In this document: positions 7,009-17,324 of the stretch, one piece after another
Layout of the letters: each line of letters opens with the position of its first letter
Position numbering within the stretch: position 1 is the first letter of the stretch
IMG/VR virus record: IMGVR_UViG_3300037961_001397
Source: an uncultured virus (IMG/VR IMGVR_UViG_3300037961_001397)
Taxonomy: Duplodnaviria > Heunggongvirae > Uroviricota > Caudoviricetes
Length of the DNA stretch: 64,000 bases
Strand: one strand, 5' to 3'
Notes under the pieces: model-generated
Seen by the model: the letters and a program-made list of their open reading frames with translations, nothing else
What the model was told of the DNA's origin: nothing
The model's database searches: none
Position numbers and translations under genes: made by a program

Positions 7009-9187
7009 AGTAATACCTACATATGAAAATGGAAAATGGACTGAAACTACATTTGAATCAGATCTAGAATTTAGAGAATACTTAGAAAGTATTTTCAAAG
7101 AACCTGGTAAATATGATTTTACCACTATGGCATTATTATTTAATAATGAAGCAAAAGTTTTTAATACTCAAGGATTTTATTGTAACAAACCATTTAGATC
7201 TAAAGACTTTGTTAATTATTGGGAAGATCAAAAGAATAAGTGTAGAACAGGTGTTATCTATAAAGATAGAGATAAAGAGTGGTATCTAACTAGAGACTAT
7301 TATATGTGGCTTAACTTCCTGCCTATTTTTGATAAGGAAGAAAAGAAGTATGGTTTTGCAAAGGTTAGAGATGCACAATATCACATGGCTTTATATGAGA
7401 TTATAGCTGAACTGAATAATCAACATTCTGCCATACTAAAGAAAAGACAGATAGCATCTTCTTACTTTCATATGGCTAAAATCATAAATCAGTATTGGTT
7501 TGAAGAAGGTTCAATATGTAAGATAGGTGCATCACTAAAAGATTATATTAATGATAAAGGTTCATGGAAGTTTTTAGAAGAGTATAAGACTTTCTTGAAT
7601 GAACATACTGCTTGGTACAGGCCAAGTAATCCAGAGAAAGTATTATTATGGCAACAACAAATTGAAGTAAAAGTAAATAACAGAAAAACTTCAAGAGGTC
7701 TTAAGTCTAAAATACAAGGTGCATCTTTTGAAAAGAATGCAACAACAGGTGTTGGTGGTCCATGTACTTACTTCTTTCATGAAGAGGCTGGTATTGCACC
7801 TAAGATGATGGAAACTTATGAATATCTTAGGCCAGCAATGTCTTCTGGTATGGTAACTACTGGTATGTTTATAGCAGCAGGATCTGTTGGTGATCTTGAG
7901 CAATGTAATCCACTAAAAGATATGATTCTTAATCCTACAGCAAATGATATATATGCTGTAGAAACAGATTTAATGGACGCTGATGGTACAATTGGTATGG
8001 CAGGTCTATTTATTCCAGAACAGTGGTCTATGCCACCTTATATTGATAGATACGGCAACTCTCAGATAGAAGAAGCAATACATGCTATCAAGTTAGAAAG
8101 AGAAAGATGGAAGACTGAGTTAAATGCAGAACAATTTCAACTTAGAATATCTCAGAAGCCATTAAATATTGCAGAAGCATTTGCATATAGAAAAGAGTCT
8201 ATATTTCCACAGGGTATACTTACTAAACAACAAAAGAAAATAGAAGAGAAAGAATATCCATATGAGTTAATTGATTTAGAAAGAGATGAGAAAGGTATAG
8301 TTGCAAACCGTACAAATAAACTTCCTATATCTAAGTTTCCTGTAGATAAAAAAATGCAAGATAAAAGTGGATCTGTTGTTGTATGGGAAAGACCAGTTAA
8401 AAATCCACAGTTTGGTGCATACTATGCATCTATTGACCCTGTATCAGAAGGTAAAACAACTACATCAGATTCTTTGTGTAGTATTTTTGTAATGAAGAAT
8501 GCAACAGAAGTAATAAGAACTAATGAATTTGGTGACACAGAAACTTTTATAGAGAAAGATAAGATTGTTGCATCATGGTGTGGTAGATTTGATGATATAA
8601 ATAAAACCCATGAAAGATTAGAAATGATTATTGAATGGTACAATGCATGGACTATTGTTGAGAATAACATTTCTTTATTTATACAGCATATGATTGCTAG
8701 AAAGAAACAAAGATATCTAGTACCTAAACAACAAATATTATTTTTAAAAGATCTTGGCTCAAACAGAACTGTATATCAAGAGTATGGTTGGAAGAATACA
8801 GGTAACTTATTTAAAAGCCATTTGATATCATATGGTATTGAATTTTTAAGAGAAGTCATAGATGAAGAATTAGATGTTGAAGGTAATGTTATGTCTCAAA
8901 CTTTAGGTATTGAACGTATACCAGATCCAATGCTTATAAAAGAAATGCTTGCCTATTATCCAGGATTAAACGTAGATAGAATGGTAGCATTCTGTGCATT
9001 AGTGGCTTTTGCAAAGATTCAACAATCAAATAGAGGTTATACTAAAAGGCGTGAAACAGAAGACAATTCTTTGGTTAATTCAGAAAAAATTGGTAAATTA
9101 AAGTATAGTCCGTTTAAAAATCTTGGACGGAGAAATGGTTATAACAGAACAAGAATTAAGAGATCTGGTTTCAAAAATATTAGATAG
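7001..9187 (+). CDS. terL: Terminase large subunit
   Basis: Walker A-like 'ILKKRQIASSY', Walker B 'YFFHEEAG', nuclease 'ASIDP' and 'NVDR'. Lies directly before the portal gene. Confidence 0.92.
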   Translation: MSRVIPTYENGKWTETTFESDLEFREYLESIFKEPGKYDFTTMALLFNNEAKVFNTQGFYCNKPFRSKDFVNYWEDQKNKCRTGVIYKDRDKEWYLTRDYYMWLNFLPIFDKEEKKYGFAKVRDAQYHMALYEIIAELNNQHSAILKKRQIASSYFHMAKIINQYWFEEGSICKIGASLKDYINDKGSWKFLEEYKTFLNEHTAWYRPSNPEKVLLWQQQIEVKVNNRKTSRGLKSKIQGASFEKNATTGVGGPCTYFFHEEAGIAPKMMETYEYLRPAMSSGMVTTGMFIAAGSVGDLEQCNPLKDMILNPTANDIYAVETDLMDADGTIGMAGLFIPEQWSMPPYIDRYGNSQIEEAIHAIKLERERWKTELNAEQFQLRISQKPLNIAEAFAYRKESIFPQGILTKQQKKIEEKEYPYELIDLERDEKGIVANRTNKLPISKFPVDKKMQDKSGSVVVWERPVKNPQFGAYYASIDPVSEGKTTTSDSLCSIFVMKNATEVIRTNEFGDTETFIEKDKIVASWCGRFDDINKTHERLEMIIEWYNAWTIVENNISLFIQHMIARKKQRYLVPKQQILFLKDLGSNRTVYQEYGWKNTGNLFKSHLISYGIEFLREVIDEELDVEGNVMSQTLGIERIPDPMLIKEMLAYYPGLNVDRMVAFCALVAFAKIQQSNRGYTKRRETEDNSLVNSEKIGKLKYSPFKNLGRRNGYNRTRIKRSGFKNIR

Positions 9188-11938
9188 ATGAGAGTATTAA
9201 ATGCAATGCAACTTAAAAATGGTGCTAAGGCAGAAGAAGGACCAACTTTTTCTAGTCTTACCCAACCAGTACAATTCTTACCATATTCTAAAAAGACAGA
9301 TGATTGGGCAGCTTGGAACCTTGATTGGTTAGAGTTACAAGGAATAGAGTTCTTACGCATCAATGCAAGAAGACTTCTTAAGAACTATAAATTAGCAAAA
9401 GGTATTATAGATAAAACTGATTATATAGTTGAGCCTGATAATGAATACAAAGACTTAATGGACACCTTAACTCAAGAGAATGATTCAGCACTTGAGTTAA
9501 AATTTTATCCTATTGTTCCAAATGTTATAAATGTACTTACTGGTGAATTTGCTAAAAGATATTCCAAAGTACAGTTTAGAGCTATAGATGATATCTCATA
9601 TAATGAGATGTTAGAACAAAAAAGATTTCAAATAGAAGAAGCTTTATTGGCTGATGCTGAAGCACAGATGGTACGTAAGATGATTGAGATGGGAATGGAT
9701 CCTGCCTCAGAAGAAGCAAAGCAACAATTAGCACCAGAGAGTTTAAAGACTTTACCTGAAATAGAAGATTTCTTTAGTAAGTCTTATAGAAGTATGGTTG
9801 AAGAATGGGCTTCTCATCAACTTGCAGTAGATGAAGAAAGATTCAAAATGCAAGAACTTGAAGAAAGAGGATTTAGAGATATGCTTATTGCAGATAGAGA
9901 ATTCTGGCATTTCCGTATGCTAGAAGATGACTATGATGTAGAGCTATGGAATCCTGTATTAACTTTCTATCAAAAGTCTCCAGATCAAAGATACATTGCT
10001 GATTCTAATTATGTAGGTAAAGTAGATTTGATGACTGTATCTGATGTAGTAGATAGATACGGTTACTTAATGAATGAGAAACAATTAAAGTCTTTACAAA
10101 AAATATATCCTGCAAGATCAGCACAATATCAAGTTAATGGATATCAGAATGATGGTGCATACTATGATGCAGAAAGATCACATGAGTGGAATACTCAAAT
10201 GCCAGGTTTACCATACAGACAGTTTACAAGTAACTACTGGGATGATCCAGCAAGAGGTGGTGATATACTAAGTCAGATTCTTGATGAAGGTGAAGATATT
10301 CAAATGTGGGGTGAAGGAAACTTGATGAGAGTTTCAACAATATATTGGAAGACACAGAGAAGAGTTGGTCATTTAACTAAAATTGAAGATGATGGTGAAA
10401 TTACACAAGAGATTGTTGATGAAACTTTCAAGATAACTAAAAAGGCCGTATATGATACTTCTATATTTAAAAACAAATCAAAAGAAAATTTATTAGCAGG
10501 AGAGCATATAGATTGGATATGGATTAATGAAGTTTGGGGTGGTGTTAAGATTGGTCCAAACTTACCTGCAATGTGGAGATCTACTATGGGTGATAATATT
10601 AATCCTATTTATTTAGGTATTGATAGAACTAAACCAGGCAGATTACCATTTCAATTTAAAGGTAATAATTCATTGTATGGATGTAAGTTACCTGTTGAGG
10701 GAAGAGTATTCTCAGATAGAAATACAAGATCTACTTCTTTAGTAGACTTAATGAAAGCATATCAAGTTGGATATAATATGGTTAATAACCAGATTGCTGA
10801 CATTCTAATAGATGAATTAGGCACTGTGATTATGTTTGATCAAAATGCTTTACCACGTCACTCTATGGGTGAGGACTGGGGTAAGAATAATTATGCAAAA
10901 GCATATGTAGCAATGAAGGATTTCCAGATGCTACCTCTTGATACATCAATTACAAATACTGAGAATGCAACTAACTTCAATCATTATCAAACTCTTAATA
11001 TGGAGCAAACTAATAGATTGATGTCTAGAATTCAACTTGCAAATTATTTTAAACAACAATGTTTTGATGCAATTGGTATAAACCCACAACGTTTAGGTGG
11101 AGCTGTATCAGCACAAACTGCTACAGGTGTAGTACAAGCAATGCAGCAATCATATGCACAAACAGAAATGTACTTTGTACAACATTCAGATCATTTAATG
11201 CCAAGAGTACATCAAATGAGAACTGATTTAGCACAACATTATTATAGCACTAATCCAAGTGTAAGACTTTCTTATATATCTACAGAGGCTGAGAAAGTAA
11301 ACTTTACTATAAATGGTACAGATCTACTACTTAGAGATTTTAATGTATTTGCTACTACTAAAACAAATCATAGAGCTATACTTGAAAACCTTAAACAATT
11401 AGCACTTACTAATAATACAAGTGGTGCAAGTATATATGAGCTTGGTAATATTGTTAAGGCTGACTCAATTGCTGAAGTTTCTGATATATTAAAAGACTCA
11501 GAAATGAGAATACAGAAACAAAGACAGCAAGATATGCAACAGCAACGTGAGATGCAAGAGCAACAACTACAGGCAAAAGCTCAAGAAGAGCAACAAAAGC
11601 TACAAGTTGAGATGTCAGAAAATGAAAAAGATAGACAAAATGATGTCCTTTTAGCTGAGATTAGATCAGCCGGTTATGGTTCTATGGTAGATATAAACCA
11701 AAACCAAATGTCTGATTATCAAGATGCTATGAAAGATATTAGAGATACTACACAATATCAAGAGAAAATGAACTTAGAGCGTCAGAAAAATGCTACTAAA
11801 GCTTCAATGGAAAATAGCAGGCTAGCTGTAGAAAAAGAAAAGATAGCTGCACAAAAACAAATAGCTGACACCAAACTTCAAATAGCTAAAGAGAACAAAA
11901 ATAAGTATGATTCTCCTAAATCTGAAGATAAAAAATAA
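9188..11938 (+). CDS. Portal protein (crAss-like)
   Basis: 916 aa following terL, with 'YPIVPNVINVLTGEF.KR', 'SLVDLMKAYQ' and 'GINPQRLG' motifs and a long Q/E/K coiled-coil C-terminus. Confidence 0.88.
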   Translation: MRVLNAMQLKNGAKAEEGPTFSSLTQPVQFLPYSKKTDDWAAWNLDWLELQGIEFLRINARRLLKNYKLAKGIIDKTDYIVEPDNEYKDLMDTLTQENDSALELKFYPIVPNVINVLTGEFAKRYSKVQFRAIDDISYNEMLEQKRFQIEEALLADAEAQMVRKMIEMGMDPASEEAKQQLAPESLKTLPEIEDFFSKSYRSMVEEWASHQLAVDEERFKMQELEERGFRDMLIADREFWHFRMLEDDYDVELWNPVLTFYQKSPDQRYIADSNYVGKVDLMTVSDVVDRYGYLMNEKQLKSLQKIYPARSAQYQVNGYQNDGAYYDAERSHEWNTQMPGLPYRQFTSNYWDDPARGGDILSQILDEGEDIQMWGEGNLMRVSTIYWKTQRRVGHLTKIEDDGEITQEIVDETFKITKKAVYDTSIFKNKSKENLLAGEHIDWIWINEVWGGVKIGPNLPAMWRSTMGDNINPIYLGIDRTKPGRLPFQFKGNNSLYGCKLPVEGRVFSDRNTRSTSLVDLMKAYQVGYNMVNNQIADILIDELGTVIMFDQNALPRHSMGEDWGKNNYAKAYVAMKDFQMLPLDTSITNTENATNFNHYQTLNMEQTNRLMSRIQLANYFKQQCFDAIGINPQRLGGAVSAQTATGVVQAMQQSYAQTEMYFVQHSDHLMPRVHQMRTDLAQHYYSTNPSVRLSYISTEAEKVNFTINGTDLLLRDFNVFATTKTNHRAILENLKQLALTNNTSGASIYELGNIVKADSIAEVSDILKDSEMRIQKQRQQDMQQQREMQEQQLQAKAQEEQQKLQVEMSENEKDRQNDVLLAEIRSAGYGSMVDINQNQMSDYQDAMKDIRDTTQYQEKMNLERQKNATKASMENSRLAVEKEKIAAQKQIADTKLQIAKENKNKYDSPKSEDKK

Positions 11939-12054
11939 ACGTTAGCTATATACTGCATTTTATTTTCATAATATTCCAAATATTATAAGTTTAGAATGAA
12001 AAAAGTTTCTTATATTATATATGTAAGAAGTATAAATCTTTAAAACCAACAATT

Positions 12055-13380
12055 ATGAGTAATACAGAAACAAATACTGTGAACAGTAACGTAGAACAAG
12101 TAGATATCAATTTGGATGAGATTTTTAACGCTGCACCAAGTGGTGCTGACATCATCCAACAAGATTCTAAAAAGCCAACAAACATTTTCTCTGGCACTGG
12201 AAAAAAGTCAGATATGTCCTTTTTAGATCCTGATGCAAATGATGCTGATGATTTGAATGCTAAGACGGAAGATAAAGCTGAGGAGAAAGCTGAAGAACCT
12301 AAAGAAGAGGTAAAAGAAGAAGAAGTCAAAGCAGAAGAAGGCAAGGAGACTAAGACAGAAGAAAATGTTGAAGAAATTTTAAACTCTCTTGATGAAGTTG
12401 AAGAAACTGAAGAAGAGCCAAAGGCAAAGAGAGGTAGAAAAACTATATCAGGTATATCTGATGTTTTTGGTAAATTAATAAAGGAAGATAAAATAGTTCC
12501 TTTTGATGATGACAAACCATTAGAAGAATATACCGCAAAGGATTGGGAAGAGTTAATTGAAGCTAACTTAGAAGAAAAAGCAAATCAAGTAAGACAAGAA
12601 ACTCCAAAGCAGTTCTTTCAAAGTTTACCACAAGAATTACAAATTGCTGCAAGATATGTAGCAGATGGTGGTAAAGACTTAAAAGGATTATTTTCAACTC
12701 TTGCCCAAGTTGAAGAAACAAGAGATCTAGATGTAAAGAAAGCATCTGATCAAGAAAAAATTATTACTGAATATCTTAGTGCTACTGGATATGGTACTAC
12801 TGAAGAGATTCAAGAAGAAATTGAAATATGGAAAGATTTAGGTAAGTTAGAACAACAAGCTAACAAGTTTAAGCCTAAACTGGACAAGATGCAAGAAAAG
12901 GTTGTTGCACAAAAGATTCAAGAGCAAGAGCTTAAGAAGAAACAACAAGAACAAGCATCTAAAGCATATATGAAGAATGTATATGATACTTTGAAAGATG
13001 GTAAATTAGGTGACATTAAAGTTGATAGAAAGACTCAAGCAATGTTATATCACGGGTTGGTACAACCTAATTATCCTTCAGTAAGTGGGAAGAACACTAA
13101 TTTATTAGGACACTTACTAGAAAAGTATCAGTTTGTTGAGCCAAACTACTCTTTAATATCTGAAGCACTGTGGTTGCTACAGGATCCAGAAGGATACAAA
13201 GCAAAGATTATGGATAAAGGAGCTCAGAAAAGTGTAGAGAAAACGGTCAGAAAGTTGAAGACTGAACAATCAAATGCAGGTGGTACATCACTAGGTGTAC
13301 AACAAGCAAATGAGGAAAGTAAAAGAACATCTTCAAAAAGAAAGATCAAAAGGCCAACAAATATTTTTAAACGAATTTAA
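12055..13380 (+). CDS. Acidic scaffold-like protein
   Basis: E/D/K-rich, low-complexity N-terminal half, located between portal and major capsid protein. Confidence 0.6.
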   Translation: MSNTETNTVNSNVEQVDINLDEIFNAAPSGADIIQQDSKKPTNIFSGTGKKSDMSFLDPDANDADDLNAKTEDKAEEKAEEPKEEVKEEEVKAEEGKETKTEENVEEILNSLDEVEETEEEPKAKRGRKTISGISDVFGKLIKEDKIVPFDDDKPLEEYTAKDWEELIEANLEEKANQVRQETPKQFFQSLPQELQIAARYVADGGKDLKGLFSTLAQVEETRDLDVKKASDQEKIITEYLSATGYGTTEEIQEEIEIWKDLGKLEQQANKFKPKLDKMQEKVVAQKIQEQELKKKQQEQASKAYMKNVYDTLKDGKLGDIKVDRKTQAMLYHGLVQPNYPSVSGKNTNLLGHLLEKYQFVEPNYSLISEALWLLQDPEGYKAKIMDKGAQKSVEKTVRKLKTEQSNAGGTSLGVQQANEESKRTSSKRKIKRPTNIFKRI

Positions 13381-13439
13381 TTACAACAATTAAATATATA
13401 AACTGAAATTAATTATTAACAATCAAAAACAATCAAATT

Positions 13440-15059
13440 ATGGCAACTCCAGTTTTAAATAATGGGATTTTCCTAAGAGATACAAGCTATAAAGCAAGTT
13501 CTCATGTTGATTCTTATCACCTTACCCAGATGCTTGGTAACCCTGAGCCTATGGATATGGGACCAATTGATTTATGGGCAATGACTCAAAAAGTTGAAAT
13601 GCCTTTATATCAAATGGCTTCTTTTGGTGGAAAGAATACAATCTTGGTGGACAACGCTAGAGGTGAGTATAAATGGCAAACTCCTATTGCTCAAGACCTG
13701 CCTTATATTGTGGCTGACATTGAACCTGCTAACGCTAGCAAAGGTGTAGATGGCACTACATTTAAGATTAAGGTCAACAAGAGATCATTTGGTCATGGTG
13801 ATATTATCACTTATGATAAGTACAATGGTCTTGAATTGTATATCACTGCAGATGATATTATCCCTGCAGGTGATGGGTTTGTCTATACTGTGCAGTTAGT
13901 TAACAATAACAATGCTGCTAGTTTAGATAATAAGTACCTAGCTAAAGGAACAAAATTCTTTAGAAAAGGTTCTGCTAGAGGTGAATATGGTGAGAGGTTT
14001 TCTGATATTGAAACAGGTTCTGGTTTCAGAGAGTTCTACAACTTTGTAGGAGGAGCTGAAGCACACGTACACTATTCTATTTCAAGCCGTGCTGATCTTA
14101 TGATCAAAGGTGGTTTGAATGCTGATGGTACTGTACCTGTTACTGAGATCTGGAGAAACTTTGACAATGATCCTAACAATCCATCAGTACCTAGTATTGA
14201 AGGATTAGTAGCAACTATGGGTAAAGCTGGTGCAAGAGAAGCTATGGAAAATGGTACTCTTACACGTACTTTCATTACTAATATGGAAGCAGCACACCTT
14301 TCTAAAATTGCTACAGATATTGAAACTTACCTAATGTGGGGTAAAGGTGGTAGAATTAAGCAAGACGGACCAGATGATATCAGATTATCTGTTGGTTTAT
14401 GGTCACAGTTGGATAACTCTTTCAAGAGAGTATACAACAAGTCTTCTTTCACTCTTGATATGTTCAAGTCTGAGCTCTACAACTTCTACCAAGGTAAAGT
14501 TGAATTTAAAGGACCAGACCCACAAAGATCACTTGTTGTTCAAACAGGTATTGGTGGTATGCAACTTATCAACAAAGCAATTGCTGATGAAGTGTATGGT
14601 TCTGGTTTAGTTCAAAATGCATCTCAAATTGGAGCTGTAAGTGGACAAGGTATGGATTTAGATTATGGTTTTGCTTACACAAGCTTTACTATTCCTTTCT
14701 TAGCTAACGTTAAGTTTGTATTGAATCCTGCATTTGACAACTTAAACACTAATGATATTGAGAATCCATTAATTGATGGTAGACCTCTAAGTTCATTTAG
14801 CTTTATTATATTTGATGTAACTGATGAAGGAAATGACAACATTCACTTGTTGAAACTTTCTTGGGATAATCAACTTAAGTGGTTCTACCAAAATGGTACT
14901 ATGGACTACATGGGAAGAACTCAAGGATTTGCATCTACTGGTCAGTTCAATGGATATAGAGTATATATGACTCAGACCATGCCAGCTGTATGGGTTAAAG
15001 ATCCGACTAAAGTTCTAAAAATTGTAATGAGAAACCCAGTTACGGGAGGATCATTCTAA
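13440..15059 (+). CDS. Major capsid protein (crAss-like, HK97 fold expected)
   Basis: 539 aa in terL-portal-scaffold-MCP synteny, with 'YLMWGKGG', 'VGLWSQL' and 'VWVKDPTK' motifs, a long A-rich leader and a downstream terminator. Confidence 0.88.
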   Translation: MATPVLNNGIFLRDTSYKASSHVDSYHLTQMLGNPEPMDMGPIDLWAMTQKVEMPLYQMASFGGKNTILVDNARGEYKWQTPIAQDLPYIVADIEPANASKGVDGTTFKIKVNKRSFGHGDIITYDKYNGLELYITADDIIPAGDGFVYTVQLVNNNNAASLDNKYLAKGTKFFRKGSARGEYGERFSDIETGSGFREFYNFVGGAEAHVHYSISSRADLMIKGGLNADGTVPVTEIWRNFDNDPNNPSVPSIEGLVATMGKAGAREAMENGTLTRTFITNMEAAHLSKIATDIETYLMWGKGGRIKQDGPDDIRLSVGLWSQLDNSFKRVYNKSSFTLDMFKSELYNFYQGKVEFKGPDPQRSLVVQTGIGGMQLINKAIADEVYGSGLVQNASQIGAVSGQGMDLDYGFAYTSFTIPFLANVKFVLNPAFDNLNTNDIENPLIDGRPLSSFSFIIFDVTDEGNDNIHLLKLSWDNQLKWFYQNGTMDYMGRTQGFASTGQFNGYRVYMTQTMPAVWVKDPTKVLKIVMRNPVTGGSF

Positions 15060-15070
15060 GAATTGTAATC

Positions 15071-15108
15071 AAAGGGGAGGCGGGTAATACCTCCTCCCTT
15101 TTATTTTT
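15071..15108 (+). terminator. Rho-independent terminator after the major capsid gene
   Basis: Imperfect GC stem aaggggagg...cctcctccctt followed by a T-rich tract. Confidence 0.65.
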
Positions 15109-15129
15109 AACCTTTAAAAAATAAATATC

Positions 15130-15369
15130 ATGGGAGCACCAAAACAACTAGCTGTATTAAAATCTCAATTTGAGAGCCCAGCATATGAGGGGGTTTCAAG
15201 AGCAGAAACAGGTAATGCAAGATTACTACATGTAAATTTAGTTAGATCTTGGATACGTGATATTGCTGATTCTGATTCTTATGCTGACAATGCTGCTGCT
15301 AAAGCTGCAGGCTTAAAAAAGGGAGATATTTATCACACTGCTGGAATATTAAAAATTGTTATTGATTAA
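15130..15369 (+). CDS. Small putative virion protein
   Basis: 79 aa. The C-terminal 'YADNAAAKAAGLKKGDIYHT.G.LKIV' resembles a fibre-type terminal motif. Confidence 0.6.
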   Translation: MGAPKQLAVLKSQFESPAYEGVSRAETGNARLLHVNLVRSWIRDIADSDSYADNAAAKAAGLKKGDIYHTAGILKIVID

Positions 15370-15383
15370 CGTCAAATAACTTG

Positions 15384-15408
15384 AAGCAAGATTAACGTCT
15401 TGCTTTTA
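15384..15408 (+). terminator. Rho-independent terminator
   Basis: aagcaaga-ttaacg-tcttgctt followed by a short T-run. Confidence 0.55.
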
Positions 15409-15489
15409 GAAATATTAATAATAATAGATTGTACAAGATTTTGTACTTTTGACTATGTATAACAATTATTAATTTTTAAAACCAATATT

Positions 15490-16509
15490 ATGGAAGATTA
15501 CACTATTGTTGAGAAATATCAACATAAAAAGAAAAGTAGCACAATAGCTATTAGACCTTATTTTAATCCTAGCAAGGAGAATATGGGGTTAGAACAATAT
15601 GGCTTAGCTCTTCATGATGGCGTATGGCATCAAGAAAGTTTAGCTTGTTTAGAATTAAATGGAGTAAAGAGATATGTTACAGGGTTGAATGAATTTGCAC
15701 CAGAAGTAAAAGCTTTACCTCCAAAAGAAAAGAAAGAAAAGATTGCTGAGATCAGAGCTGTAGTTGCTGATTTAGAAGCTTCACTTGCTGCAAATGTAGT
15801 AGATCCAAAAGATAAAGAGTTTTGGAATAAGCTTACAGTAATGAAGCCAGACAACTCTAAGTTCTGGGATAAGATTGAAATCAGATGTGGTAATGACCCT
15901 GTATTTTTAGATCCAGAAGTTGATCCATATGATAAAATTAAACTTTATGCAATCAAAGCAGGTGGGTTTTCTATAGTTGCAAAATCACTAAAGGAGGCCA
16001 AAGCTGCACAGAAAGAACCAAAGTTTTATCTAGATACAGTTGAAGAAACTTTAACTACTAGAACAGAGTACACTAAACTCAGAAACAGAGCTATCTCTAA
16101 GTTAACTGAGTTATATGATACTAACACTACTAAGCTACTTTATGTTGCAAAAGTATGTGATGCTGATAGTGTACAATATACAAAGAATACACCTAATGAT
16201 GTATTATTTGAAAACATGGATGACTATGTGAATGGAAATGGTTCTGAGGGTAATAAGAAGAGAGCTGCATCACAATTCCTGGAGGTTGCAGGATTGGATA
16301 TGGAGGAGTTGAAAATCAGAGCATTAATTAAAGATGGTCTTTATTATAGATTTATTGTTACTAAAGCTGGTGGTTGGATGGAACCAATTGACAGTGGAGT
16401 AAGAATGGGTAAAAGACCTAATGAGTGCTTAGATTTCCTTAGAGATCCAGAAAATGAAGAAACATTGTTGTCATTATTAGACAAAGTTGAACCATATTGG
16501 AACTCATAA
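15490..16509 (+). CDS. Conserved crAss-like capsid-module protein (unknown function)
   Basis: 339 aa directly downstream of the major capsid gene, as in crAss-like gene order. Confidence 0.65.
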   Translation: MEDYTIVEKYQHKKKSSTIAIRPYFNPSKENMGLEQYGLALHDGVWHQESLACLELNGVKRYVTGLNEFAPEVKALPPKEKKEKIAEIRAVVADLEASLAANVVDPKDKEFWNKLTVMKPDNSKFWDKIEIRCGNDPVFLDPEVDPYDKIKLYAIKAGGFSIVAKSLKEAKAAQKEPKFYLDTVEETLTTRTEYTKLRNRAISKLTELYDTNTTKLLYVAKVCDADSVQYTKNTPNDVLFENMDDYVNGNGSEGNKKRAASQFLEVAGLDMEELKIRALIKDGLYYRFIVTKAGGWMEPIDSGVRMGKRPNECLDFLRDPENEETLLSLLDKVEPYWNS

Positions 16510-16520
16510 AATATTAAATA

Positions 16521-17225
16521 ATGGAAAATAGTACACTCTTTATAAAGCTTAAACAAAGGTTAAATAAGCTAGATAGTAATGATTATGATAACATTGAATG
16601 CTGGCAGTTTATAGAAGCTTTTAATAAAGCTCAGATAGAGTGGTGTAGGAGAAACCTGCACGGTGGAAATATGTATAAAGAAGGTGATGAATTATCTAAG
16701 AAAAGAATAGATGATTTACAACCATTACTAATAGAGTTATCTCTTACAGGTAATGTTACTGACACATACTTTGAAGCAACTAACTTTCCTATTGATACAT
16801 ATTTAGAGTACAAAAGGGTTACAACTCAAGCAAAAGATGATTGTTGTACACCAAGATCTATGACAGTATATTTAGCTGAAGAAGCTAATGTTCCTCTTTT
16901 ATTAAGGGATCCATTAAAGAATCCAAGTTTTGAATGGGGAGAAACATTCTGTACTATGATAGATAATAGAATAAGAATATACAGGGATAGCAGCTTTGAC
17001 ATTGTTAACCCTGTATTAACTTATTATAGAAAGCCTGTGCTTATTGAGGTAGTAGATTGTGTAAATCCATATACTGGTTTAGTAAGTACAGCTAATGTAA
17101 ATTGTGAATTTAAAGATGACTTAGTTGAAGTTATCCTTGATGACACAGCTGCACTAATTGCAGGAGATATAGAAAATGTATATCAACAGCAAAGAGGCAT
17201 GCAAGCAGCAGAAAGAAACAATTAA
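16521..17225 (+). CDS. Head-tail adaptor/ring protein
   Basis: 'FNKAQ', 'KKRIDDLQPL' and 'LTYYRKP' motifs plus position in the capsid module. Confidence 0.6.
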   Translation: MENSTLFIKLKQRLNKLDSNDYDNIECWQFIEAFNKAQIEWCRRNLHGGNMYKEGDELSKKRIDDLQPLLIELSLTGNVTDTYFEATNFPIDTYLEYKRVTTQAKDDCCTPRSMTVYLAEEANVPLLLRDPLKNPSFEWGETFCTMIDNRIRIYRDSSFDIVNPVLTYYRKPVLIEVVDCVNPYTGLVSTANVNCEFKDDLVEVILDDTAALIAGDIENVYQQQRGMQAAERNN

Positions 17226-17250
17226 AAAAATTATGTGATATATGAAGAAA

Positions 17251-17262
17251 TTTGTATATTAT
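17251..17262 (+). promoter_or_regulatory. Recurring intergenic motif TTTGTATATTAT (candidate promoter)
   Basis: Exact copies at 17251, 18887 and 28088; variants at 43561, 32359 and 12006. All are upstream of gene starts. Confidence 0.55.
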
Positions 17263-17324
17263 ATATATAAGGTTTAAAACCCTTATCATTTATTTATTTA
17301 TTTATTTATTAAAAACTAGAAATT

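Noticed and set aside
7001..15059. Introns or inteins in terL, portal or the major capsid gene
   Set aside because: The ORFs are continuous and of expected size, with no intein termini or homing endonuclease motifs seen.
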